A stretch of 64,000 nt of DNA, taken from positions 6,207-70,206 of the forward strand of contig JASEFH010000008.1 in NCBI GenBank assembly GCA_030019205.1, given 5' to 3'. Below the pieces are notes generated by a model. The model saw nothing but the letters and a program-made list of their open reading frames with translations. It did not search any database and was not told where the DNA came from. The position numbers and the translations under genes were made by a program. Position 1 is the stretch's first letter. Each line of letters opens with the position of its first letter. Origin of the DNA: Methanomicrobiales archaeon (GTDB taxonomy: Archaea; Halobacteriota; Methanomicrobia; Methanomicrobiales; JACTUA01). This document shows positions 21,816 through 30,399 of the stretch, one piece after another.

Positions 21816-22937
21816 TCATGTCCGTTCGCGGAGGGGCGTATTCAGCCACAGGCACTGCTCCGCCCTCTCCAGGAATCCATGCAGGTCGCCGCTCTTCCGC
21901 ACCTCTCGCGCCATGATCTCCCCGACGCTCCCCCTCTCGATCCGCTCCGCAACGAGGGGGAGATAGGCCCGCTCATCGTCGGTGGCGCTTTCAACCGCTG
22001 CCGCATAGAGCCGGCGGAGCTCCGGGCGGAGCGGTTCTGTGCCGCGCCGCATGGCACTGTCGATCAGCGCACGGAGAGCCGACTCTTCGTCATCGAGGTC
22101 CAGATCCCGGTTCCGCAGGAGCGCCAGGACAAAGGCGGTGATGGCCATATCAGAACGGATGCACTCCTGCTCATCCATGGCCTTGATCTCCAGGCACTGG
22201 CGCGAGAACCGCACGATCACCCCGCGGGAGTTCACCCACTCCCGACAGAGGATCTCCGCGCCCTTCTCCTTGAGCTGCCGGTAGATCGCCTGCTGGATCT
22301 CCTGGTAGTCCTCCAGGCTGCGGATCCGCTCCGGGATCAGGTCACGGCAGATGTCAGGGATCTTCGCCTGGTTGATGCGGTAATAGTGGATCCGGTTGTC
22401 CACGCACCCTGTCAACCTCCCCTCCACGCAGGGGGATGCTGCCGTGACGGCGACCAGATAGGGTATGAGGGCGCGGATGCGGTTGAACATGCCCGTCATC
22501 CTGACGGGATCGGCGTAGGGGATGTTGATCTGCAATGCCTGGATGTTCAGCCAGCCGTGCTGGCGGAGGTCGAAGAGACGGTGATAGGCCTCGTAGATCT
22601 CCTTCTCTTCGTGATCCCAGACGGCGGTCTCGGTCAGGCGGAGCAGGGGATGCATGCCCAGCCCCAGGAAGCGGCACCGTCCGTCGAGGGCGGCATGGAG
22701 ATGCTTCAGCCCTCCATAGAGGGTGCTCTCGAGGGCGGCGATACTCGCCGCCGGGCGCCGGGGAACGATCTCCAGGACGTGCTTCTGGAGTTCCTTCGAG
22801 AGCTCGATCTCGCCGAAGGGCAGCTCGCTCCGCACCGAACCCGAGAGGATCTCCATGAGACGATCCGAGATGGGGAGGGGGTGGAACGCGGCGTCGTTGA
22901 TGGAGTACTCGTGCTCGGTGCCCACCGTCATGCGCAT
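21816..22937 (-). CDS. GCS2/YbdK-type carboxylate-amine ligase (glutamate--cysteine ligase family 2-like)
   Basis: 373-aa ORF beginning 'MRMTVGTEHEYSIND' (a G-x-E-x-E start, as in GCS2 enzymes). Also 'LGLGMHPL' and 'WLNIQALQINIPY'. Its start overlaps the upstream YkgJ-like gene by 10 nt. Confidence 0.7.
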   Translation of the reverse strand: MRMTVGTEHEYSINDAAFHPLPISDRLMEILSGSVRSELPFGEIELSKELQKHVLEIVPRRPAASIAALESTLYGGLKHLHAALDGRCRFLGLGMHPLLRLTETAVWDHEEKEIYEAYHRLFDLRQHGWLNIQALQINIPYADPVRMTGMFNRIRALIPYLVAVTAASPCVEGRLTGCVDNRIHYYRINQAKIPDICRDLIPERIRSLEDYQEIQQAIYRQLKEKGAEILCREWVNSRGVIVRFSRQCLEIKAMDEQECIRSDMAITAFVLALLRNRDLDLDDEESALRALIDSAMRRGTEPLRPELRRLYAAAVESATDDERAYLPLVAERIERGSVGEIMAREVRKSGDLHGFLERAEQCLWLNTPLRERT

Positions 22938-23425
22938 CCTCCGCTGTACAGGGGCAGACAGGCCACCTTATCGGTCTCCGGTTCATCGATGCGGAGGACC
23001 GCCGCCAGCTGATCCGGGGGGAGCAGGCGGATCAGTCGCGTAATATTCTCCACCGCCAGGAGGATCTGCCGCCGGTAGGCACCCGAATCCTGCTTGAGAT
23101 GGCGGACCAGGGGGCAGATGGTCTCCTTTTTCAGATAGATCTCGAGCACCCCGTCGCGTATGTCGAACGTGAAGGGGCCGGCAGCGCAGGTCTCCGGCTT
23201 CACCGCATGCACTATGCAGCGGTTCCCCTCCATGAGGATGCAGAAGCCGTCTTCCCGCACGCGAAGCCTTGCATAGCTCCCGGATTCGATCCCATCGGCC
23301 GATCGCATCAGATCTTCGAGGATCCCGATCCTCTCCGGGGTCAGCGGAGGGTGCGCGCCATGGCAACACCGCCCTCCGCATGCTTCGCAGATCCTGCTTG
23401 GGAGTCCCTCGTCCGGGCTGTCCAT
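22928..23425 (-). CDS. YkgJ-family cysteine-cluster (putative Zn/Fe-chelating, CxxCxxCC-type) protein
   Basis: 'RICEACGGRCCHG' near the N-terminus, plus later Cys pairs ('GFCILMEGNRCIVH', 'ETCAAGP', 'ICPL'). The stop overlaps the GCS2 start. Confidence 0.65.
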   Translation of the reverse strand: MDSPDEGLPSRICEACGGRCCHGAHPPLTPERIGILEDLMRSADGIESGSYARLRVREDGFCILMEGNRCIVHAVKPETCAAGPFTFDIRDGVLEIYLKKETICPLVRHLKQDSGAYRRQILLAVENITRLIRLLPPDQLAAVLRIDEPETDKVACLPLYSGGCA

Positions 23426-23612
23426 GGATACCTTCTCCCTGTGGCGTTACAGAGAAAACTTCATGCATCAGCGCAGTTCTCTGTCTGAAGTGTATCCTAC
23501 CCGTGGGATGCTGGAGAGGATAAAGCATGCGAACCGCTCCGGAGGGCGGCGATAGTGAAAAATCTGATAACATCGCGGCGAAATGAATGAAGAACGAAAT
23601 CAAGCCTCTGGA

Positions 23613-24503
23613 TCATTCAGGAGAGCGTTCCCGCAGATCCATGAGGTGGGAGACGATCCGGCGGTATAAATCCGGGTAATACCGATCTTCTCCGCCTTCC
23701 AGAGACGGATTGTCGTTCACCTCGATGACGCAGACCCGGTCCCCGACCTCCTTGATATCCACGCCGTAGAGACCGCTGCCAATGGCATCCGCTGCCTGCA
23801 ATGCCAGATCGACGACCGCCTGCGGGACCGCCTCCCTCGGCACGCTCTGCACGGCGCAGTAGACGATATGGCCGTTGACGGTCGCCTGGATCTTGAAAGT
23901 CTCTGTGGGAATGATGTACTTGGCGGCGTAGAGGAACTTGCCGTCCAGAACTCCGATGCGCCAGTCGTATGTGCTCCTGACATACTCCTGCATCACGATG
24001 CAGTCTGAGAGCTTGATGAACCGCTTCGCCACACGCGTGAACGCGTCCACCGTATCGACCTTCTCCACCCGCACGGAGAACGACGTGGACGGCTCTTTCA
24101 GGACGAGGGGGGTCCCATAGTCCTCGAAAAGGCTCCGGATCCGTGCCGGACGGATGTCATCCCTGTCCAGGAATACCGTCCGCGGCATCGCCACGCCGCG
24201 ATCCATCAGGTGAAGATACATGTTGATCTTGTCCGCGCAGATCTGGATGGAGCGGGGATCGTCGATCACCGGTATGCCGTTGTACTCCGCCATCTTGGCC
24301 GCAACGAAGCTGATGTTCATCGGATCCGTCCTGCTGCGGATGAAGAGGGCGTCCACGCCGGCGATCTTCTTGATCTCCACGGGAAAGATGAAGTACACCG
24401 TATGCCCCAGGGCTTCGGCGTCATCCCGGCATCGGATGAGGGTGGAGAGCTGCAGGGAGCTGGAGAGGGTCTGCCGATCCACGAACACACCCAGTTTAGC
24501 CAT
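23613..24503 (-). CDS. RimK-family ATP-grasp amidoligase
   Basis: ATG 24503. 'DDPRSIQICADKINMYLHLMDRGVAMPRT', 'PLVLKEPSTSFSVRVEKV', 'VMQEYVRSTYDWRIGVLDGKFLYAAKY' and 'YGVDIKEVGDRVCVIEVNDNPSL' fit the RimK/GshB-type ATP-grasp core. Confidence 0.8.
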   Translation of the reverse strand: MAKLGVFVDRQTLSSSLQLSTLIRCRDDAEALGHTVYFIFPVEIKKIAGVDALFIRSRTDPMNISFVAAKMAEYNGIPVIDDPRSIQICADKINMYLHLMDRGVAMPRTVFLDRDDIRPARIRSLFEDYGTPLVLKEPSTSFSVRVEKVDTVDAFTRVAKRFIKLSDCIVMQEYVRSTYDWRIGVLDGKFLYAAKYIIPTETFKIQATVNGHIVYCAVQSVPREAVPQAVVDLALQAADAIGSGLYGVDIKEVGDRVCVIEVNDNPSLEGGEDRYYPDLYRRIVSHLMDLRERSPE

Positions 24504-25143
24504 GCCCGCCCTCCCGAACGGCTGCCTCGAGAAGCCGCATCTCGTCCCGGGAGAGTTTCGAGAAGCGGATGGGAGCGAGACTGGAGAGGAGGTAGCCGCC
24601 ATCCGTGGAGACGGCCACGATATTGACCAGGGGAATGCGGAATGCGGAGAATACTTTCTCCGCAAGTTCTGCCATAGCGTCGTCGGGATACGCCGTCTTC
24701 CCGAAGATCGAGACCGCACTCGCGATGGATGAGGGATCGGACAGTTTCTGGTAACAGAACGGGAACTTGAAGTTGTGCGTGATGTACTTGATCACCTCGC
24801 TCGAGGTCTCCTGGCTGTTCAGGACGACATACTCCGAGGGGTCGGAGTAGTAGTGGAGTCCGTATACGATGGACGGGATCGGCACGTACGAGTAGGATAT
24901 GTCCCACTCGCAGACCGGGATACCGGCACGCCGGGCCTTCATCAGGCAGACGGGAACCACGTACGCCTCCACCACCTCGCTGCTGGAGGGCGAGAGGGGC
25001 GTTCCCGCCACCTCGCTCCGCACGATGCTGTAGTAGGTGCGCGTCTTGTAGAAGTAGTTCTCGCTCACCACGAAGTTGGCCGAATTCCCGATCTTCAGGT
25101 GAAAGGGAGCGGTGCGAAGGAGCTTGCTCAATTGATCGGTCAT
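24496..25143 (-). CDS. Hypothetical protein translationally coupled to the ATP-grasp gene; possibly a stand-alone RLAN-type (RimK-like ATP-grasp N-terminal) domain
   Basis: 215-aa ORF with normal composition. Its stop (TAA 24496-24498) overlaps the ATP-grasp ATG (24501-24503). No motif I can name; the RLAN assignment is inferred from position only. Confidence 0.55.
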   Translation of the reverse strand: MTDQLSKLLRTAPFHLKIGNSANFVVSENYFYKTRTYYSIVRSEVAGTPLSPSSSEVVEAYVVPVCLMKARRAGIPVCEWDISYSYVPIPSIVYGLHYYSDPSEYVVLNSQETSSEVIKYITHNFKFPFCYQKLSDPSSIASAVSIFGKTAYPDDAMAELAEKVFSAFRIPLVNIVAVSTDGGYLLSSLAPIRFSKLSRDEMRLLEAAVREGGHG

Positions 25144-26005
25144 GGAAACTCACTGCTGAAAAACGACCGTCCGTCGGGCATCACCGAGTCAATGCGATAG
25201 AATACTCCGGTACAGCCGGTCGAACTACGTAATACAGCCATCGTTTCGTCTCGATGCCGCTTCTCTATTCAGCTGTGCCTGTGGATCAGATATACCTGTT
25301 GTTTTCATCCCGTTAGCCTATCATCAGGAAGTGGCGATCCTGGAGCAGGAATCTGGCTCTCATCCATCCCCCCTCCTGCCAGCAGGCCTCGATTGCGTCG
25401 AGAGCGGCTGGAATGCTTTACCGGCGTTGAGTTGCGCAGACAGCGTCGTCCCCTATCTGCCGATCGACAGTTCTCCCATCTGCCGGGATATCGGCAATAG
25501 CGGTTCGAACGCCCTGAACCGGACGTGCAAGGGATCCATGCGCGCTCGACGTTTACGATGCTCTATCGCGGACCACACTGGTGAGGCCGAAGATCGGATG
25601 GAGGAGTTGGCATCCTGATGCAGGAGCCTGTGTCGGGGCAGAGCGGTGCCCCGGCAGAATCGTGCAGGGCGACAACGAATGTGAGAGAGAGATCCGCGTA
25701 TCGCACCTTCCTGCAGAGGTGTTCCTGCCGTATCCTCGACGGAATGAGATCGAGAACCTGCAATGCACCGATCGGCGGCGGCGATGAACGATCCGAGGCA
25801 TCCCCGTTGGGAGGGCTGAAGCGGACCTTCGGTTCCCACGGCACAGCCCTGTCGGGCTGAAAAATTCGTCCTCCTGCCGCCAGGTTGTTCTGGCGCGTCT
25901 TTGAAATCCCGCCCTTCTCGCAGGAACTGAACGGATCCCCCTTCTGTCCTCCGGTCGGATATTCGGGGAAATCATTATTACCTTCAGGATAATCAGCGTC
26001 GCTGG

Positions 26006-26977
26006 ATGAAAAAGGTCTCAATTACGGTCCGGGACGAAGAATACGAGGCCTTGAAACGGCTCCTGGAGCCCTACCACTATTTGGAGAGCAGAGGGGAGAG
26101 CGTTCACGAGATCCGGCTCTACCTGCCGAATGCCGAGCTGGACGATTTCATCACCGCCGTCAAGGACACCCTGGATCTCCGGTACAAAGCCAACACGATA
26201 GAGGTGGTCACGCCCGATTTCGTGGTGTCGCCATTTCTGGCACGCGTGGAGAGGAGAGCCGAGGGCGAAAAGGCTGAAAAAAGTCCGGTCGAGCAGTTGC
26301 TCCAGGCCGCAGAGCCGAATACGAGGCTCGAACCGAGCCGGGTGGTGATCACCTGCATCGCCGGTATCATCGCACTCTCGGGGCTCTTCCTGAACAACGC
26401 CACGCTCATCATCGGTGCGATGCTTCTCTCTCCCATACTGGCCCCCATCTCCGCCTTTGCCATCTTTGTCGCTCACGGTGACATGCGGGACGCGCTGCGG
26501 AGCATCGGACTCCTGCTTGTCCTTCTCGGCTCCGTCATTGCCGTCTCTTTCCTGACCACCCTGGTCGTCTACCCCATGCTCGCCCCGCCGATCACGCCCG
26601 AGATCACCCTGCGGACCGTGACCAACCCGATCTACATCCTGATGGCCGTGTTCCTGGGTTTCGCCACCATTCTCGCGATCCAGAGGGGTCTGCTGGAGGT
26701 GATCGCCGGGGTTTCGGTGGCGGTGGCGCTGATCCCTCCGACCGTGGTGACCGGGATCTACCTCTTCGTCGACCCCTTCCTCGCGCTTCGCTCTCTCCTG
26801 CTCGTCCTGGAGAATCTCGTGGGACTGTTGACCGGAACGCTGGCGGCCACCGCGTTCCTGAGAATCGCACCGAGGACGCAGGATCAGAAAGGGATCGCCA
26901 GGCGTGCTCTGCTCCGGGTGTCGGCGGTGCTGGTTATCCTGATGATCATCATCATCGCTCTGGCGATCTTCGTGTAG
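26006..26977 (+). CDS. DUF389/TIGR00341-type integral membrane protein
   Basis: A soluble N-terminal alpha/beta part ('MKKVSITVRDEEYEALKRLLEPY') is followed by TM segments ('IIGAMLLSPILAPISAFA') typical of DUF389 as I recall it. Confidence 0.7.
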   Translation: MKKVSITVRDEEYEALKRLLEPYHYLESRGESVHEIRLYLPNAELDDFITAVKDTLDLRYKANTIEVVTPDFVVSPFLARVERRAEGEKAEKSPVEQLLQAAEPNTRLEPSRVVITCIAGIIALSGLFLNNATLIIGAMLLSPILAPISAFAIFVAHGDMRDALRSIGLLLVLLGSVIAVSFLTTLVVYPMLAPPITPEITLRTVTNPIYILMAVFLGFATILAIQRGLLEVIAGVSVAVALIPPTVVTGIYLFVDPFLALRSLLLVLENLVGLLTGTLAATAFLRIAPRTQDQKGIARRALLRVSAVLVILMIIIIALAIFV

Positions 26978-27137
26978 TCCCCATTCGGCGGAAGCGGGGA
27001 GGTCTCCCGGCCGTGAGCAGTCCGCTCCCGGCCGGGTGGCGTGAAGCGGTGGATGCGGTGCGAACGGGGGCGTATACGCTGCCTTCCACGGCATGCGGCC
27101 CGAAGGTCGCCCGTTCGGAACTCTCGGCAGGGGGAGG

Positions 27138-27767
27138 CTATCGGGATCTTTGCCCCTTTTCCTGCTGCTTCCTGCGCATCTGCAGGCCCTGCCACCGTTT
27201 GAGGGCGAATGCAGCCAGGACTGCAATGAAGAGACCGTTGAAGATGAGCGGGATCCAGGTGCCATCGAAGTCCGTGCCGATGAGGTTTGCATGGACGATT
27301 GCCAGGAAGAGAGCGGCGACCATCAGGGCATGGACGGGCCGCCAGTATCTCGGGACCTGCCCCCGCAGAAGCACCGCCGCCACGGCGACGTAGATGATGA
27401 TGAGGGCGGGCCTTCCCGCGTTCGTCCAGAACCCCGTCCAGGAGGTAAGCGTGGGGAGAAAGACCCGGGGATTCTCGGTGAGGACGGCGAATGCGATCGG
27501 GTGCACCGTCACCGCGGCAAGCCCGAAGGCGGCAAAGCGATGGTGCACGAAGAGGAACGGACGCCCGAAGATCCGGTAGATCTCGCGGAGGAAAGGCGTC
27601 ATGATAGCGGCAATCGATAAGGCCAGGAAAGCGTAGAGCGCGAATAGACGCACGAGCAGTCGGAGCGGATCGGCAGGTATCCCGGGGAGAAGGGCCAGCA
27701 GGGTGACGGTGGCGAAGAGGAGAAGGATCGCCGCCGCAAGGATGTACCCGTTCCGGGTCGGGGGCAT
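27138..27767 (-). CDS. Ferric-reductase-like / MsrQ(YedZ)-like heme-binding transmembrane protein (putative)
   Basis: ATG 27767. About six TM helices with conserved His residues in helices ('FVHHRFAAFGLAAVTVHPIAF', 'VHALMVAALFLAIVHANL'). Confidence 0.55.
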   Translation of the reverse strand: MPPTRNGYILAAAILLLFATVTLLALLPGIPADPLRLLVRLFALYAFLALSIAAIMTPFLREIYRIFGRPFLFVHHRFAAFGLAAVTVHPIAFAVLTENPRVFLPTLTSWTGFWTNAGRPALIIIYVAVAAVLLRGQVPRYWRPVHALMVAALFLAIVHANLIGTDFDGTWIPLIFNGLFIAVLAAFALKRWQGLQMRRKQQEKGQRSR

Positions 27768-27888
27768 AGAGATACCTTGGATCGCGACTATATGAACCTT
27801 GCCCGACGGGGGAACTGCGGCGATGCGTCCCGCGCGGGGATGCCATCGTGGACGGGCACATGCGGTTCTACGGCCGTATCGCCCGCAG

Positions 27889-29874
27889 TCAGCCCGAATG
27901 CGGTTGGGCAGGCCAAACGTCGTCTTCACCGGCGGCAGCGCAGTTCAGGCAGAATGCCACCTCGCTCCATGCCTTCTCCAGGAGGCCGCAGTAGTAGCGG
28001 AGATCGATGGAATCGGCATCCCAGGGTGTGTCCACCAGCCACCGCCCGGCATCGCGCACGACATAGCCCATCTCCATGCCCGCTGCGATCTCGATGCCGC
28101 AATGTCCGTAGGCCCGGACAGCGGCGGATTCCAGGCTGTTCCTGGCATGATCCGGCCTGTTGATGCGGCGGCGTATGACCAGATCTTCGGGAGCCGCGCA
28201 GGCAAGCCCCCGGGCATGGCGGAAGTAGATCTCCTCCGCCCGTCCGCGGAGGGCAGCGAGTCCCGCCCGGTCTGCCGCACTCCCCAGAACCTGCAGCATC
28301 TCCTGCTGCATCCTCCGCACGTACTCGGGCGTATCTCTCCGCCGGGCCATGACCCCCCGCATTTTCATGGAACCGTCGGCGAGCCGCCCGAAGTAGCGGT
28401 TGTAGGCGCCGTAGCCGTCCGGCATGGGGAGGAAGACGATCCAGTCGTACGTCTCCGTCTCGGCCGGAAGTTCGGTCTCCTCCTCGACCGCTGCCTTCAG
28501 CACTCCCATGTCCCCCCCCTGCACCCAGAGGCAGTCCACGATGCCGTGCACCACGGCAAATCCCATAGCCTCCGCGATCCGCTTCGTGCGGAGCAGCACA
28601 TCGCGGGCATGGTGGGTGACGCTCTCGTGCACCTCGATCCGCCCGAACTTGGCGTTCCTGTAGCCGGTATAGCCGAAGCAGGTGACGAGCATCCACTTGA
28701 GGATGGCGTCCATGGAGGCATACCCCGGATGCTGCCGCTTCTGCCGTTTGGCCGAACGCCGGAGCGCAAGAAGGGGGCGGAGCACCTCGGGGAGGAAGCC
28801 ATCCCGGGCCGGCGATCGGAGCGTCTCGGGGGAGAGGTTGTGCTTCACGATCAGAGAGGGGTAGAGCGAGGTGAAGTCCAGCTCGCCGACGCCTTCGTAC
28901 AGCCCGGCCCGAGGCTGGAGGATCATGCCGCCGCGATCCTCCGCCCTGAGATCCTGCAACCGCCTCGCATGCTCGGCATCGCCCTTACGGAAGGGGACCG
29001 CAATCCCCCTACGCACCGCCTCATAGATCTCGTAGGCGGATATCAGGGTGCCGGGGGTGACGTGGGCGGCAAGGCTGGGGGGCAGCGCGGTAAGGCGGGA
29101 GGCGAGCAGGATGCCGGCAAGCCCCCCTTCGCGGTAGGTGAAACTCCGTGCGGTGTCCACCAGGATTCGCCCATCCGGCAGACCGATGCCGCTCTTGTAC
29201 TCCCTCCTCCCGTAACTCCAGTAGGAGCGGTCGGCGATCTCCCGGTACTCCCCGCTCCGGCTGAATGCCACCTCCAGGTCGTACTCCTCCGCCCTGCGGC
29301 GGATGTGGCGGAGCCAGGCGGCGGCGTCGGGAAAGAGGATTACGTCCGGGTCCACGGACGCCAGGATCGAGGAGAGATCGGAGAGAATCCGCCGTTCGTC
29401 TCCTTCGATGCGCTTCCCTCCGATGCTGACGGCGGCGATCTCCCTGTCGCGGTGCGGGTCGCCGTGCACGCGAATCGCGAGCTCGGTGAGGGGCACGGGA
29501 AAATCCAAAGAGAAGCGGGACTCCTCCGGGTAGCTGCAGGGGAAGATCCCCCGCTCGGCAAGAAACCGCTGGTCGGGGCGAACGTCAACGTTGTAGAGAT
29601 CGGCGGCAAACCGTGTCTGCGACTCGATGGCGAGGGCAACGGATCGCCCGGCGCCGATCCGGTACCCCTGCCGGCACCCGCACACCGTTCGGAACGTGCA
29701 TTCCTCCACAGGGTAGAGGCTGTCCAGCGCGTCGATCAGCTCGCGGTGGGGTGCGGCGTCCGCAAGGTGGAGGTAGAAGAAGGGGGTATAGTCCGCCTGC
29801 ACCCTCCGCACGCTGCCACCCTCCTTGACCCAGAGCTCGACGGCGCCGCGGTAGCAGGAGTCAAGGATCCACAT
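27889..29874 (-). CDS. polB: Family B DNA polymerase, short and divergent (exonuclease motifs lost, non-canonical motif C)
   Basis: 661 aa. Motif A 'ELDFTSLYPSLI' is intact. Motif B is 'KWMLVTCFGYTGY' instead of KxxxNSxYG. Motif C is 'VVHGIVDCLWV' instead of YGDTDS. The KxY region is 'AYNRYFG', followed by 'RGVMARRRDTPEY'. ExoI is 'LAIRVHG' (no DxE) and ExoII is 'DPDVILFPDAAAWL' (no NxxxFD). Confidence 0.85.
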   Translation of the reverse strand: MWILDSCYRGAVELWVKEGGSVRRVQADYTPFFYLHLADAAPHRELIDALDSLYPVEECTFRTVCGCRQGYRIGAGRSVALAIESQTRFAADLYNVDVRPDQRFLAERGIFPCSYPEESRFSLDFPVPLTELAIRVHGDPHRDREIAAVSIGGKRIEGDERRILSDLSSILASVDPDVILFPDAAAWLRHIRRRAEEYDLEVAFSRSGEYREIADRSYWSYGRREYKSGIGLPDGRILVDTARSFTYREGGLAGILLASRLTALPPSLAAHVTPGTLISAYEIYEAVRRGIAVPFRKGDAEHARRLQDLRAEDRGGMILQPRAGLYEGVGELDFTSLYPSLIVKHNLSPETLRSPARDGFLPEVLRPLLALRRSAKRQKRQHPGYASMDAILKWMLVTCFGYTGYRNAKFGRIEVHESVTHHARDVLLRTKRIAEAMGFAVVHGIVDCLWVQGGDMGVLKAAVEEETELPAETETYDWIVFLPMPDGYGAYNRYFGRLADGSMKMRGVMARRRDTPEYVRRMQQEMLQVLGSAADRAGLAALRGRAEEIYFRHARGLACAAPEDLVIRRRINRPDHARNSLESAAVRAYGHCGIEIAAGMEMGYVVRDAGRWLVDTPWDADSIDLRYYCGLLEKAWSEVAFCLNCAAAGEDDVWPAQPHSG

Positions 29875-30361
29875 CCTGCTCCTCCACCGCCTTCAGGAGC
29901 TCGATGAGCACGGAGAAGAGCGCCGCCTCCAGGGGCTCGTCGAAACCGCAGAACGCCCCGGCTGTATGCCGCCGGGCGAGGTCGGCGAGCCTCCCGGCAT
30001 ACGGGCGGTCCGCGGCCCGCATCCTTCGGGCCGCCTTCGCCCAGCGCGCGGCGGTGTCCTTCGCCCCCACCCGTACCGAGAGAAAACTCCTGCCCAGTGC
30101 TTCCACCCCCTCCGGACTGCAGAACGGCCTTGACCAATACAATACAGGGGCGGATCCGCTGCAAGCCCGTATAAAGTGGGAGGCACGGGCGGTGCGAAAG
30201 TGGAGGGAGAGCCAGCCCCTGCCGCACGGCTGGACGGGAGCGGAGGGGGCGCCGCTGCCTGAACGGGCAGCGATCGCTGCTGCGGGACCTTCGGTGGCGG
30301 ACCGATCCCCGCAGTTCTCCGCCCCGGTCCGGTAAAAAGGGCGATCGCTCTCCGGAATCAT
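29861..30361 (-). CDS. Hypothetical ORF overlapping the polB start by 14 nt (start very uncertain)
   Basis: The C-terminal ~80 aa ('KDTAARWAKAARRMRAADRPYAGRLADLARRHTAGAFCGFDEPLEAALFSVLIELLKAVEEQ') looks protein-like. The N-terminal part is R/A/S/G-rich and may be non-coding. ATG 30361 lies too close to the shared TATA element. Confidence 0.3.
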   Translation of the reverse strand: MIPESDRPFYRTGAENCGDRSATEGPAAAIAARSGSGAPSAPVQPCGRGWLSLHFRTARASHFIRACSGSAPVLYWSRPFCSPEGVEALGRSFLSVRVGAKDTAARWAKAARRMRAADRPYAGRLADLARRHTAGAFCGFDEPLEAALFSVLIELLKAVEEQDVDP

Positions 30362-30370
30362 CGAAAGCCC

Positions 30371-30378
30371 TAAATAAG
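30371..30378 (+). promoter_or_regulatory. TATA box for the leaderless gene starting at 30400
   Basis: 'TAAATAAG' is centred about 26 nt upstream of ATG 30400. That is the archaeal TATA-to-TSS spacing and implies a leaderless mRNA. Confidence 0.45.
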
Positions 30379-30399
30379 AACGGCGCCTGAAAGGCAGGC

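Noticed and set aside
21627-23012. 461-aa plus-strand ORF, plus similar long ORFs at 26018-27292(-), 38149-39336(-), 55129-56325(-) and 59661-61007(-)
   Set aside because: Each is antisense to a gene with strong family motifs (GCS2 ligase, DUF389, malic enzyme, IlvB, symporter) and has the R/G/P/H/D-rich composition of GC-driven open frames.
27799-29907. 702-aa plus-strand ORF
   Set aside because: Antisense to the PolB gene, which has clear polymerase motifs. The translation is G/A/P/R/H-rich and featureless.
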